DNA from: an uncultured Pelagibacteraceae bacterium
Lineage (GTDB): Bacteria; Pseudomonadota; Alphaproteobacteria; Pelagibacterales; Pelagibacteraceae
Reading direction: 5' to 3'
Assembly (NCBI GenBank): GCA_902596675.1
Contig: CACJUO010000004.1
Coordinates: forward strand, 1,683 to 65,682
Length of the DNA: 64,000 bases
Shown here: positions 27,413 through 38,173 of the stretch, piece after piece
Position numbering within the stretch: position 1 is the stretch's first letter
How the letters are laid out: every line of letters begins with the position of its first letter
Made by a program: the position numbers and the translations under genes
The notes under the pieces: generated by a model
What the model saw: only the letters and a program-made list of their open reading frames with translations
What the model was told of the DNA's origin: nothing
The model's database searches: none

Positions 27413-30039
27413 TATAAACCTTTAAGAGTTAATTCTATTTTTTTAACATCTTTTTCAAGATTAGCAAAGTTGCTTTTCTCCTGCTCTACTATATTTTGTG
27501 GTGCACGATCTACAAAGGATTTATTTGATAATCTAACATCAATTTTTTTCATCTCTTCACTAATTTTTGTAATTTTCTTTTCTAGTGTTGATTTGATCAT
27601 ATTTAAATCAACATCTTCATCAAAATATAATTTAAATAACTCACCACTTATGACTATACTTGCAGATGGTTTGTCTAGATCTTTTTCATGAAAATTTTTA
27701 ATTCTTCCGTTTTTTTTCATTATATTTTCATTAGAAGATAAAAAGTTTTTATATTCTTTGTTTATATTTGCTGTTGAAATTTCAATAAATGATCCAGGAC
27801 TTATATTTAATTCATTTTTAAATGATCTAATTGATGTAATAAAATTGATGATATTATTTATCTCATCATATGATTTTTTTTCATGATAATCATCTTCTAG
27901 CCAATTGGCATGCATCAAGTAATCTTTGCCTTCTTTATCTAGCTTATTATTTAACCATATCTCTTCGGTTACAAATGGAATAAATGGATGAAGTATTATT
28001 AAAATTTCCTTAAAAACATATGCTGATGTTTGTCTTAACTCCTTAATATCTTCCTCATTATCAGAGTTTAAAACTGTTTTAGATAACTCTAAATACCAAT
28101 CACAAAATGAGTGCCATACAAATTGATAAATAATCTTAGCTGACTCATCAAACCTATAGTTTTTCAAACTATTTTCCGTGTCATTTTTTACTTTTACAAG
28201 CTCAGATAGTATCCACTTATTGATTGTTAATTTTATATTTTCAGGTTTTTTCACATCACCAAAATCACACTTATTTTGTGTTAAAAAGTTATTTGCATTC
28301 CAAATTTTATTTAAAAAATTTCTATAACCTTTAACCCTGTCTTCAGATAATTTTACATCTCGACCTGGTGATGCCATTGATAAAAGTGTAAATCTCAATG
28401 CATCTGCACTATATTTCTCAATTAATTCTAAAGGATCAATTACATTGCCCTTAGATTTAGACATTTTTTGACCCTTTTCATCTCTAACTAGCGCATGAAC
28501 ATATATATTTTTAAAAGGTTCCTTATCTAAAAACTGAGTTCCCATCATTATCATTCTAGCAACCCAGAAAAATATGATATCAAAACCAGTAACAAGAACA
28601 CTTGTTGGATAAAATTTTTCAACTTCTGAAGTTTTTTCTGGCCAACCTAAAGTAGCAAATGGCCATAGACCTGATGAAAACCAAGTGTCTAAAACATCTT
28701 CATCTCTTTTTAATTCCACATCTTTTGAATAGAATTCTTTTGCTTGTTTTTTGCAATCATCCTCATTTTCAGCTACAAATATTTTTCCATCAGGTCCGTA
28801 CCATGCTGGAATTTGATGTCCCCACCATAATTGACGAGAAATACACCAAGGCTCGATATTATTCATCCATTGAAAATATGTTTTTGACCAGTTCTCAGGA
28901 AAGAATTTAGTTTTACCATTATTAACTACTTCTCTTGCTTTAATGGCTAAAGTTTTAGCATCAACAAACCATTGTTCTGTTAAATAAGGTTCAATAATAG
29001 AATTAGATCTATCTCCATAAGGAACTTTGTTTACTAACTTTTCTATCTTTTCTAAAAATTTTCCTTCTTCAAGATGTTTTAAGATTAATTTTCTTGCTGC
29101 AAATCTATCTAAACCTTTATATGGGTCAGGTGCATTGTCATTTATTTTTCCATCAGGCGTAAATATATTAATTACTTCTAACTTGTTTCTTATACCTACA
29201 TCATAGTCATTAAAATCATGAGCTGGAGTAATTTTTACAGCTCCTGTTCCTTGTTCAGGATCAGCATAATCATCTTTTATTATTTTTATTTTTCTCTTTA
29301 CTAAAGGAATAATTACAAACTTCCCTACTAAATCTTTAAATCTATCATCTTTAGGATTTACAGCTATTGCAGTATCTCCCAACATAGTTTCAGGTCTTGT
29401 TGTTGCAATTGTTATAAATTTATCAGAATTTTCTATAGGGTAATTTATATAATAAAGTTGAGAATTTACTTCACGCTGATCAACTTCTAAATCAGATATT
29501 GCTGTTTTTAAAACAACATCCCAATTTACAAGTTTTTTTGCTTTGTAGATTAATTTCTTATTATGAAGATCAACAAATACTTTTATGACTGACTTAGATA
29601 AATTTTCATCCATTGTGAATGCATTACGTGACCAATCACATGAACATCCAAGTTTTTTAAGTTGATTAATTATTATATCTCCATATTCATTCTTCCATTC
29701 CCAGACTTTATCTATAAACTTTTCTCTACCTAAATCGTTTTTTTTAACACCTTCTTTTGCAAGTTTTTTTTCAACTAATGCCTGGGTTGCAATACCGGCG
29801 TGATCTGTTCCTGGTTGCCATAAAGTTTCATAATTATTCATTCTATGAAATCTTGTTAAAACATCTTGGATAGAGTTGTTTAAAGCATGGCCCATGTGAA
29901 GACTTCCAGTTACATTTGGTGGAGGAATTACAATTGAGAATTTTTTTGAATTTTCTTTAGGTTTAAATAGCTGGTTTTTTTCCCAATAATCGTAGATTTT
30001 ATTTTCTACATTTATGTGCTCATATTTATCAAAACTCAT
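27412..30039 (-). CDS. valS: Valine--tRNA ligase
   Basis: [36 protein letters not shown]. Confidence 0.98.
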   Translation of the reverse strand: MSFDKYEHINVENKIYDYWEKNQLFKPKENSKKFSIVIPPPNVTGSLHMGHALNNSIQDVLTRFHRMNNYETLWQPGTDHAGIATQALVEKKLAKEGVKKNDLGREKFIDKVWEWKNEYGDIIINQLKKLGCSCDWSRNAFTMDENLSKSVIKVFVDLHNKKLIYKAKKLVNWDVVLKTAISDLEVDQREVNSQLYYINYPIENSDKFITIATTRPETMLGDTAIAVNPKDDRFKDLVGKFVIIPLVKRKIKIIKDDYADPEQGTGAVKITPAHDFNDYDVGIRNKLEVINIFTPDGKINDNAPDPYKGLDRFAARKLILKHLEEGKFLEKIEKLVNKVPYGDRSNSIIEPYLTEQWFVDAKTLAIKAREVVNNGKTKFFPENWSKTYFQWMNNIEPWCISRQLWWGHQIPAWYGPDGKIFVAENEDDCKKQAKEFYSKDVELKRDEDVLDTWFSSGLWPFATLGWPEKTSEVEKFYPTSVLVTGFDIIFFWVARMIMMGTQFLDKEPFKNIYVHALVRDEKGQKMSKSKGNVIDPLELIEKYSADALRFTLLSMASPGRDVKLSEDRVKGYRNFLNKIWNANNFLTQNKCDFGDVKKPENIKLTINKWILSELVKVKNDTENSLKNYRFDESAKIIYQFVWHSFCDWYLELSKTVLNSDNEEDIKELRQTSAYVFKEILIILHPFIPFVTEEIWLNNKLDKEGKDYLMHANWLEDDYHEKKSYDEINNIINFITSIRSFKNELNISPGSFIEISTANINKEYKNFLSSNENIMKKNGRIKNFHEKDLDKPSASIVISGELFKLYFDEDVDLNMIKSTLEKKITKISEEMKKIDVRLSNKSFVDRAPQNIVEQEKSNFANLEKDVKKIELTLKGL

Positions 30040-30159
30040 TGATTTGTTTTATAAATTAATCAAATTAATAAACAATAATGAAAATCATTGCTAAATTTAT
30101 AGACTAATGATCAAAATGAATTATACAAAGATCGATTAACAAATATTTTTGTATTTGAT

Positions 30160-30233
30160 GGCAACGTGGCGGAATGGTTACGCAGAGGATTGCAAATCCT
30201 TGTATCCCGGTTCGATTCCGGGCGTTGCCTCCA
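30160..30233 (+). tRNA. tRNA-Cys(GCA)
   Basis: GGCAACG/CGTTGCC acceptor stem, anticodon loop TTGCAAA, GGTTCGATTCC, encoded CCA. Confidence 0.96.
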
Positions 30234-30283
30234 AAAAAAGTATTGAGATAAGTTTTAAAAAAAGTAAGTTGTGAGAAAAATAT

Positions 30284-30359
30284 TCCTCGGTAGCTCAGTT
30301 GGTAGAGCAGTTGACTGTTAATCAATTGGTCGCAGGTTCGAGTCCTGCCCGAGGAGCCA
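30284..30359 (+). tRNA. tRNA-Asn(GTT)
   Basis: TCCTCGG/CCGAGGA acceptor stem, loop CTGTTAA, GGTTCGAGTCC, encoded CCA. Confidence 0.97.
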
Positions 30360-30365
30360 ATTTAA

Positions 30366-30737
30366 TTATACAGCCTTAGAAATATTTATTTGAGAAATTT
30401 GTAAGTTTTTTGCAAATTTTGTTTTTTGATCTTGAGTTAACTCTGAATAAACTTTAACTAAGAAGTTATAGTTTATATTCATATGTCCCTCTTTTGATTT
30501 ATCAAGATTTACTAAATATTCAGAAAAATCCTCAAAGAAATAGTTAATTGGAACTTTTAGATAGTTAGAAAGTTGTAATAATCTTATTGAACTTACTCCA
30601 TTAGTTCCTTTTTCATATTTTTGAATTTGTTGAAATGTTACATTTATTGCTTTGGCAACTTTAGTTTGAGTTAGACCTAATGCTAATCTTCTTAACTTTA
30701 GTTTGTTGCCAAGATGTTTGTTAAAATTTTCTTCCAT
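30366..30737 (-). CDS. XRE-family helix-turn-helix transcriptional regulator
   Basis: GLTQTKVAKAINVTFQQIQKYEKGTN, the conserved alphaproteobacterial XRE signature. Confidence 0.9.
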   Translation of the reverse strand: MEENFNKHLGNKLKLRRLALGLTQTKVAKAINVTFQQIQKYEKGTNGVSSIRLLQLSNYLKVPINYFFEDFSEYLVNLDKSKEGHMNINYNFLVKVYSELTQDQKTKFAKNLQISQINISKAV

Positions 30738-30882
30738 TTAAGACCCCTCGTTAAATAAAATATATTCGTGAGTTAATCTAAATAGAAAAGTTTATGCAAG
30801 TAAAATAATTTTTAAAATAAATGGTTTTTTTGACTTATTATAAACTTGTCAAGTAACTTTTTTTCTAATCTTTAGAATTATT

Positions 30883-31617
30883 TTAAAGAATTTGGCTTAA
30901 AAAAAGCTTTGTTCTGTCACTCTTTGGGTTGGCAAAGAATTCTTTTGTATCAGCCTTCTCAATAATCATACCCTCGTCCATAAAAATGACCTCATCAGCT
31001 ACTTCTTTGGCAAAACCCATCTCGTGCGTAACAACAATCATCGTCATTCCACCTTTTGCAAGACTTACCATTGCATCAAGTACTTCTTTGATCATTTCTG
31101 GATCTAATGCTGATGTAGGTTCATCAAATAACATAATTTTTGGCTGCATACATAATGCTCTTGCGATAGCACAACGTTGTTGTTGACCACCTGAAAGTTG
31201 TCCAGGAAATTTGTTTGCTTGATCATCTATTTGAACTTTTTTTAGTTGGTCTAATGCTAGTTCTTGAGCCTCTTTTTTTGGCATTTTTTTTACCCAAATT
31301 GGTGCAAGTGTGCAATTATCTAAAATTGAAAGATGCGGGAATAAATTAAATTGCTGAAAAACCATACCAACTTCTGCTCTAATTTTTTCAATATCTTTAG
31401 TTTTTTCTGATAGTTCGTTTCCATCAACGATTATATCACCCTCTTGATGCTCTTCTAATCTATTGATACATCTAATCAATGTTGATTTACCAGAGCCTGA
31501 TGGACCACATACTACAATTTTCTTATTTGCTTCAACTTCTAAATTAATATTTTTTAAAACTTGAAAATCACCAAACCATTTATTCATATTTTGAATTTTT
31601 ATAATTGGATCTGACAT
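30883..31617 (-). CDS. aapP: General L-amino acid ABC transporter ATPase (AapP/BztD)
   Basis: [29 protein letters not shown]. Confidence 0.92.
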   Translation of the reverse strand: MSDPIIKIQNMNKWFGDFQVLKNINLEVEANKKIVVCGPSGSGKSTLIRCINRLEEHQEGDIIVDGNELSEKTKDIEKIRAEVGMVFQQFNLFPHLSILDNCTLAPIWVKKMPKKEAQELALDQLKKVQIDDQANKFPGQLSGGQQQRCAIARALCMQPKIMLFDEPTSALDPEMIKEVLDAMVSLAKGGMTMIVVTHEMGFAKEVADEVIFMDEGMIIEKADTKEFFANPKSDRTKLFLSQIL

Positions 31618-31620
31618 ATA

Positions 31621-32892
31621 TTATCTTTCAGTTTTATATTTAGCTTCTAAGTTATAACTATATTTACTCATTGCATAGCATATAATCCAGAATATTATTG
31701 ATGCAAAAATATATCCTTCCATAGCAAAGCCAAGCCATTTTGGATTTGTTTTTGCTAAGGCAAGCATTCCTGCTAATTCAGCTAAACCAACTACAAATAT
31801 TAAAGGTGTATCTTTTACTAAGGCTAGAAATGTATTTGCTATTCCGGGTATAACTAATTTTAGTGCTTGAGGTAAGATTACAAAAATATGCATTTTCCAG
31901 TAACCCATCCCTAAAGATTTTGCTGCATCGTATTGCCCTCTAGGCAATGATTGTAAGCCCCCTCTAATAACCTCTGCACAGTAGGCAGCTTCGAATAGTG
32001 TAATTGCAATAATTACTCTTACCAATTTATCCATAAAAAAATCTTCAGGTAAAAACATTGGAAACATTACGGATGACATAAATAAAACCGTAATTAATGG
32101 AACACCTCTCCAAAACTCAATATAACAAATAGATATATACTTAATTGCCGGAAGATTAGATCTTCTTCCTAATGCAAATATCATTCCTAAAGGGAAACAG
32201 AAAATTAGACAGAAAAAAGAAACTATAAATGTAAGAGACAATCCACCCCATGCACCCGTTTCTACCCATTGAAGACCGAAGGATCCACCAGAAATTAAAT
32301 AGTAAATAACTAAATAAGCAATTACTGGATAAATAATTACATAGTATAACGCTAAATATTTTTTTAGATTTTCTTTCATAAAATATCCAACAAAGCCTAG
32401 AGCTATAACTAAAATGAATGCAGTATTAATTCTCCAATGAAATTCATTTGGATACATTCCATACATAAATCTTCTAAACCAAACCTTAATATAAGTCCAA
32501 CAAGCTCCTGTGCCAGTACAAGCGTCTTTTGAGTCACCTGAAATATTAGCATCAAGAATCATCCAACTTAAAGATGGAGGAAGAGCTTTTATAATAGAAA
32601 AAATTATTAATAAAGTTAATAGAGCGTTAAAATTATTTGTATTTATATTTTTATTTAATAAGTCTAATTTTTTATTCCCAGAGTAATCAATTCTCATCAT
32701 ATTTAATCCAATCAAACCCAAGATTAGAGGAAATAAAGTGGTTAAAGAACCAGGTAAAAAAGATGTTAAGTTTGTTTTAAGAAAAGAATTTGATATTACA
32801 TCAATTAAACTTATTAAAATTAAAACAGAACCAATAATTGAGTAATTTTTAATATTATCTCTGTTAGGTTTTAAAAAATTAATTGTCTGCAT
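31621..32892 (-). CDS. aapM: General L-amino acid ABC transporter permease (AapM/BztC)
   Basis: GACW, WGGLSLT, EFWRGVPLITVLFM, AEVIRGGLQ, KDTPL. Confidence 0.92.
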   Translation of the reverse strand: MQTINFLKPNRDNIKNYSIIGSVLILISLIDVISNSFLKTNLTSFLPGSLTTLFPLILGLIGLNMMRIDYSGNKKLDLLNKNINTNNFNALLTLLIIFSIIKALPPSLSWMILDANISGDSKDACTGTGACWTYIKVWFRRFMYGMYPNEFHWRINTAFILVIALGFVGYFMKENLKKYLALYYVIIYPVIAYLVIYYLISGGSFGLQWVETGAWGGLSLTFIVSFFCLIFCFPLGMIFALGRRSNLPAIKYISICYIEFWRGVPLITVLFMSSVMFPMFLPEDFFMDKLVRVIIAITLFEAAYCAEVIRGGLQSLPRGQYDAAKSLGMGYWKMHIFVILPQALKLVIPGIANTFLALVKDTPLIFVVGLAELAGMLALAKTNPKWLGFAMEGYIFASIIFWIICYAMSKYSYNLEAKYKTER

Positions 32893-32895
32893 TAT

Positions 32896-34047
32896 TTACT
32901 TTTCTTTAATTTCAATTTTTTTGTTATACCAATTCATTATTGCTGCAATGGTTAGACTAATTGTTAAATACGTTAACATTGTTATTGAAACAATCTCTAT
33001 TGCTTTACCTGTTTGCATCAGTGCTGTTCCTGCAAATACAAGAACTAAATCAGGGTACGCAATAGCTGCTGCTAAAGATGAATTTTTTGTTAAATTTAAA
33101 TATTGATTTGTTGTCGGTGGAATAATTATTCTTAAAGCTTGAGGCATAATAACTAATTTTAGAACTTGATTAGGTGTCAATCCAACTGAAGCTGCTGCCT
33201 CTTTCTGACCCTTACTCACACCTTCAATACCTGCTCTTACACATTCTGCTACAAATGTAGAGGTGTATAAAGATAAAGCTAAAACTAAAGCTATTAATTC
33301 AGGAGGTAAACTAATTCCACCTTCATAAATATAGGAAATTTTTGATAATTTTTTAAGCTGTGGAAGTTCAAATTCTAAAGACACACCTCCAAATAAAAAG
33401 GATAAAAGTGGCAAAACAATTAATAGAGCTATAGAATACAAAAGAACCGGGATTTGCTTACCTTTAGTATCTCTTAAATTATTTGCGTAATTTCTTAATA
33501 CAATAATTGAAATTATTGCAGCTAGACCACAATATAAAAATACATTCAAATTTTCCCAAACCATTGCTGGAATGTAATAACCTTTTACAGTCATATAAGT
33601 TACTCCAAACCAAGCATTAGCTTTTTCAGGTAAAGGCAGTGCTCTTAAAGCCGCATAATACCAAAAGAATATCTGCAATAATAATGGAATATTTCTAAAA
33701 AATTCCACATACCATGCTGCAGAGTTTTTTATAAGGTAATTCGATGATAATCTTGCTACGCCAATTATCACTCCGAGTATTGTACAAAAAATTATACTTA
33801 TGAGTGACACTAGTAAAGTGTTTAAAAGTCCAACTAGAAAGGCTCTAGCATATGAGTCTGAACCACTATATTCAATTAAAGAAAACTGAACATCAAATGA
33901 AGACTCTTGAGATAAAAATCCAAAACCAAAATCAATACCCCTATTATCCATATTGGTCTGGGCATTCATAGTCAAAAACCCAAAAATAAGAACAACAACT
34001 AATATGGCTAAAATTTGAGGTATGAATTTTTTTATAATGTTGTTCAT
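32896..34047 (-). CDS. aapQ: General L-amino acid ABC transporter permease (AapQ/BztB)
   Basis: VGLLNTL, YVEFFRNIPLLLQ, NLTKNSSLA. Confidence 0.92.
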   Translation of the reverse strand: MNNIIKKFIPQILAILVVVLIFGFLTMNAQTNMDNRGIDFGFGFLSQESSFDVQFSLIEYSGSDSYARAFLVGLLNTLLVSLISIIFCTILGVIIGVARLSSNYLIKNSAAWYVEFFRNIPLLLQIFFWYYAALRALPLPEKANAWFGVTYMTVKGYYIPAMVWENLNVFLYCGLAAIISIIVLRNYANNLRDTKGKQIPVLLYSIALLIVLPLLSFLFGGVSLEFELPQLKKLSKISYIYEGGISLPPELIALVLALSLYTSTFVAECVRAGIEGVSKGQKEAAASVGLTPNQVLKLVIMPQALRIIIPPTTNQYLNLTKNSSLAAAIAYPDLVLVFAGTALMQTGKAIEIVSITMLTYLTISLTIAAIMNWYNKKIEIKEK

Positions 34048-34058
34048 CGGGTTATAAT

Positions 34059-34091
34059 AAAAAAAAGGGCTAGAAATATCTAGCCCTTTTT
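34059..34091 (-). terminator. Stem-loop after the binding-protein gene
   Basis: AAAAAGGGCTAGA-AATA-TCTAGCCCTTTTT. Confidence 0.88.
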
Positions 34092-34109
34092 AGGTAATTT
34101 AAAATAAAA

Positions 34110-35150
34110 TTATCTTGCTGGTGGTACGTATAATATTCCACCCTTAGTCCATAATTCATTCGGACCTCTATCAGGCAGGATTCCAGTGTCTGCTATATTT
34201 CTTTTGTAGCTTTCACCATAGTTACCAACTTGTTTGATAATTCTTAAGTTCCAGTCATTATCTAAACCAAAAGCTGCACCCAATTCACCTTCAGCACCAA
34301 CTAATCTTTTTATTGCTGGATTGTTTGAAGTTTTCATCATGTCAGCGTTCGAAGAGTTAATACCATATTCTTCTGCTTCAATCATAGTATTTAAAGACCA
34401 TCTAACTATATCTTCCCAAACAGAGTCACCTTGACGTACAACTGGTCCAAGTGGTTCCTTTGAAATAGTCTCAGGTAATACTACGTGATCATCTGGAGCT
34501 GATAATTTTGTTCTTTGTGCAGCAAGACCAGATTTATCTGTGGTGTATGTATCACATCTACCTGCATCATAAGCAGCTACAACTTCGTCTGCTTTTTCAA
34601 AAACTACAGGCTCATATGAAATTCCTCTTGAATCAAAAAAATCTCTCATATTAAGCTCAGTTGTAGTTCCTAAATTTGTACAAACTGAAGTTCCGTTTTT
34701 AAATTCACTTGTAGATGCTATTCCTGAACCTTTTCTCACCATGAAACCTTGTCCATCATAAAAGTTTACACCAACAAATGTTAAACCAATGTCAGCATCT
34801 CTAGAAAGTGTCCAAGTTGTGTTTCTTGATAAAATGTCAATTTCACCTGACGTAAGTGCAGTAAATCTTTCTTTTGCACTTAGCGGTGTGAACTTAACTT
34901 TAGTTGCATCACCTAAAGTAGCAGCTGCAACAGCTCTACATACATCAACATCTATTCCTGTCCAATTTCCAGACTCATCTGCGTTTGAAAATCCAGGTAG
35001 GCCCTGAGAAACACCACATCTTACAAATCCTCTTTTTTTAGTGTTCTCAAGAGTTTTTGATTTCTTAGCAGCCATTGTTTCTGTTGAAAATGCAAATAGC
35101 ACAGCGAACATAGCAACTACAGAAGTCAATTGTTTTATTATTTTAAACAT
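34110..35150 (-). CDS. aapJ: General L-amino acid ABC transporter binding protein (AapJ/BztA)
   Basis: CGVSQGLPGFS, SRNTTWT, YDGQGF, ISKEPLGP, VGNYGE. Confidence 0.93.
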   Translation of the reverse strand: MFKIIKQLTSVVAMFAVLFAFSTETMAAKKSKTLENTKKRGFVRCGVSQGLPGFSNADESGNWTGIDVDVCRAVAAATLGDATKVKFTPLSAKERFTALTSGEIDILSRNTTWTLSRDADIGLTFVGVNFYDGQGFMVRKGSGIASTSEFKNGTSVCTNLGTTTELNMRDFFDSRGISYEPVVFEKADEVVAAYDAGRCDTYTTDKSGLAAQRTKLSAPDDHVVLPETISKEPLGPVVRQGDSVWEDIVRWSLNTMIEAEEYGINSSNADMMKTSNNPAIKRLVGAEGELGAAFGLDNDWNLRIIKQVGNYGESYKRNIADTGILPDRGPNELWTKGGILYVPPAR

Positions 35151-35280
35151 TATTTTCCTCTTTTTATTATTTATTTGTTAACAAATTATTCAAAAAGTTA
35201 TTTTTGAATACTTTAGTAAAGCAGAAAGTAATATAACCATCAATGATAAAATAACCTCACCAATACTAATCAATTAAAGA

Positions 35281-35357
35281 TGGCGCGCCCTGGAGGATTC
35301 GAACCTCCGACCCTCGGTTTAGAAAACCGATGCTCTATCCAGCTGAGCTAAGGGCGC
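35281..35357 (-). tRNA. tRNA-Arg(TCT)
   Basis: Reverse complement GCGCCCTTAGCTCAGCTGGATAGAGC...TCGGT-TTTCTAA-ACCGA...GGTTCGAATCC...GGGCGCGCCA. Confidence 0.96.
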
Positions 35358-35382
35358 AACAAAATAATCTTATAATACTAAT

Positions 35383-36792
35383 TTAATTTTTGAAAAGAAA
35401 TTTTTTGAATAATATTAGTAGAGTTAATAGCTCTACACGCCCTATTATCATGAAAATTATTAAATAAATCTTAGTTAAAAAAGTAAGATTATAAAACTCG
35501 AAATTTGAAAGTTCAAACATACTAGAGTTAACTGTATTCATAATAGTTAATATTGATAGCTTAAAAGAATGTTCAAAATCAATATTTGAAAGTGTTAAAA
35601 GTATTGTTAATAAAGATAATGAAATAATAAAAATAATTATTGAAAAAAAATATTTATTAATATCTGATTTATCTGTTTTTTCATTACTCAAATTAACTTT
35701 ATTTGAATAAATTTGATTAGGTTTTGTATGTGACATAAGATTATTCAAAGAAAATTTCAATAAAGTTAAAATCTTTATAACTCTAATACCTGAGCTGGTT
35801 GAGAAAAAAGAACCTCCAATGACAACCAATATAAAAAAAATAAATATTAAATTATTTGGTGTATTGTAAAATGAAATACCAATATTTGAAACACTACTTG
35901 ATATAGCAACTAAAATAGTTGGAAAACTATTACTTGAATTTAAAAAAACAAATGAAAATGAAATTATTATTAATAGATATATTAAAAGATTAAAATCTTC
36001 GCTTAAAAAATTTAATTTCTTCTTATTATAGAAAATAAGATTATAAATTAAGAAAAGACTAAAGAATGAAATTAACATCGAAAATGATAAAAGTATTTTA
36101 CTAACATCACTTTCAAACAAATGATCAATTGAATTAACAGGCAAAAAACCACCAGATGATATTATTGATAATGCTAAATTAAATGCATCAAAAGTTCTTA
36201 AATTTATTAATTTAAATAATATAAATATCAATAAAGTTAACGCAGAATAAATTAAAATAATTTTAAAAGATTGCTTAAAAATTTCATTATAATTAAAAGA
36301 TAAATATTCAGTAAATGATTGTTTTAAATTTTTATCAAAAATATCAATTAATAAAAGAATTGAAAATAAAAAATAAATTCCCCCAATCCATTGAGAAGTT
36401 GATCTCCATAAAATCAAACTTTCATCTAATTGTTTAATATTATCAAAGATTGTAAAACCAGTTGAAGTAAAACCAGATATTGCTTCAAAATATGAGTTTA
36501 AAAATGAAATGTTATGAATGCCAAAAAAATATGGGATGGATATTATTAATGGAAATAAAATATACCCCAGTAACACTGTAAATATTTTCTCATAAAGTGT
36601 GATTTTTTTTGTATTTGTCTTAAAAAAAAATAATACAAATAGACCTGAAAAAAGACTTATTAATAACGTATAAATATAATTTTCAATATTAAAAAAAATA
36701 TCAAAATAATTTGAATAAATAATATTAAAGAAAGAAAAAACACTTATCAAAAACGAAAAAGAGCTAAGATAAAGTGCGCTAAATTTTGTCAT
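35383..36792 (-). CDS. trkH: Trk potassium uptake membrane protein (divergent)
   Basis: FEAISGFTSTGFT, LWRSTSQWIGG, ISSGGF, STSSGIRV, MIIGRVEL; follows trkA. Confidence 0.85.
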   Translation of the reverse strand: MTKFSALYLSSFSFLISVFSFFNIIYSNYFDIFFNIENYIYTLLISLFSGLFVLFFFKTNTKKITLYEKIFTVLLGYILFPLIISIPYFFGIHNISFLNSYFEAISGFTSTGFTIFDNIKQLDESLILWRSTSQWIGGIYFLFSILLLIDIFDKNLKQSFTEYLSFNYNEIFKQSFKIILIYSALTLLIFILFKLINLRTFDAFNLALSIISSGGFLPVNSIDHLFESDVSKILLSFSMLISFFSLFLIYNLIFYNKKKLNFLSEDFNLLIYLLIIISFSFVFLNSSNSFPTILVAISSSVSNIGISFYNTPNNLIFIFFILVVIGGSFFSTSSGIRVIKILTLLKFSLNNLMSHTKPNQIYSNKVNLSNEKTDKSDINKYFFSIIIFIISLSLLTILLTLSNIDFEHSFKLSILTIMNTVNSSMFELSNFEFYNLTFLTKIYLIIFMIIGRVELLTLLILFKKFLFKN

Positions 36793-36799
36793 ATTAAAA

Positions 36800-38173
36800 T
36801 TAGACAGAGCTAATTCTAAACATATTTTCTACAATAGGAAGTTGATCTCTTTTGGACAAGAGAACAACGGTATCATCTTTTTGAAAAACATAACTAGAAG
36901 TTGGAATAATAACATTTTCATCTCTTAATATAGCTCCAATTCTAATTTCATCAGGTAAATTTGAGTCTTTTAATTGTTTATTTATTAACTCAGAAGTCTC
37001 AATAATATCTGCCTCTATCACTTCATATTCACCATTTAATATAGTATAGGCATTTTCAATTGTTCCTTTATGAACATGTTTTAAAATACTTGAAACTGTA
37101 TTCATCCTTGGGTCAATTAAATCATCAATTTTTAATGAAGATTGTAGTAACGAATAATTAGGTTTGTTTATTAAAGCCATAGTTCTTTTATCTTTAGAAA
37201 ATTTTTCGACTATTACACTCACCATTAAGTTATCTTCATCATCATTAGTTAAAGCCAAAACTGTTTCAACCTCATCAATATTAGCCTCACTCAAAACATC
37301 TTCATCTAATCCATTACCGTTAATCACAATGGTGTCATTGAGTTCATTGGCTATATATTCTGCTCTAGATTTATCTTTTTCAATTATCTTAACTCTTGCA
37401 GAATCGAAAGACTGTTCAATATTTTTTGCAAGATTAAAACCAATATTTCCACCACCAATAATTAATATTTTATTTGAAATTTTTTCGTTATGACCAAAAA
37501 CTGTTAAAGTTTCTTGCATTTGACTGCTATTAACAACCACATAAGCCTTATCATTTAGTTTAAGTTGATCTGTTTTTTTCATCACAACAAATTTGTCATT
37601 TCTAATGACACCAAGAATATAGGCATTTAATTTTGGGAATTTTTTTGTTAGTTCATTTAAATTTATTTCTTTTATTGAACATTTTTCATCAATCAAAATT
37701 TCTAATAATCTTATTTTATTTTCTGCAAAAGGTACATTATCTAAAGCTCCGGGAGCCTCTAACTTTCTTTGAATAGATTTTGCAATTTCAAGTTCTGGAG
37801 AAATAATATTATCAATTGGTAAATTTTCTCTATTAAATAATCCTGAATATTTTGGATCTAGATATTCATGAAATCTTATACGTGCAATTTTTTTTGGGAC
37901 CTGGAATAAAGAAAAAGCTATTTGGCATATCAACATATTTATTTCGTCATTTCTGGTTACAGCAATAATCATGTCTGCATCCTTTGTATTTGCTTTTTCT
38001 AATATTGCTGGCGATGTTGCCTTTCCAACAATTGCTTTGACATCCAAAGTTTCATTAATTTTTTGAATATCATCACTTGACTGATCAATCATTGTAATCG
38101 AGTGATTTTGATCAATTAATATTTTTGCTATCGTAGACCCTACTCTACCTGCTCCACAAATAATAATATTCAT
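36800..38173 (-). CDS. trkA: Trk potassium uptake NAD-binding subunit
   Basis: Two RCK domains: GAGRVG and GGGNIG, DEINML, DDEDNL. Confidence 0.95.
   Translation of the reverse strand: MNIIICGAGRVGSTIAKILIDQNHSITMIDQSSDDIQKINETLDVKAIVGKATSPAILEKANTKDADMIIAVTRNDEINMLICQIAFSLFQVPKKIARIRFHEYLDPKYSGLFNRENLPIDNIISPELEIAKSIQRKLEAPGALDNVPFAENKIRLLEILIDEKCSIKEINLNELTKKFPKLNAYILGVIRNDKFVVMKKTDQLKLNDKAYVVVNSSQMQETLTVFGHNEKISNKILIIGGGNIGFNLAKNIEQSFDSARVKIIEKDKSRAEYIANELNDTIVINGNGLDEDVLSEANIDEVETVLALTNDDEDNLMVSVIVEKFSKDKRTMALINKPNYSLLQSSLKIDDLIDPRMNTVSSILKHVHKGTIENAYTILNGEYEVIEADIIETSELINKQLKDSNLPDEIRIGAILRDENVIIPTSSYVFQKDDTVVLLSKRDQLPIVENMFRISSV

Noticed and set aside
30104-30325. 73-aa minus-strand ORF
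   Set aside because: Antisense shadow of tRNA-Cys and tRNA-Asn
30284-30737. XRE regulator next to tRNA as prophage/island remnant
   Set aside because: No integrase or duplicated tRNA 3' end seen; this XRE type is a conserved chromosomal alphaproteobacterial gene
35190-35273. 27-aa hydrophobic minus-strand ORF upstream of aapJ (MISIGEVILSLMVILLSALLKYSKITF)
   Set aside because: TTG start without SD, 7 nt from the tRNA end; hydrophobicity expected from T-rich DNA
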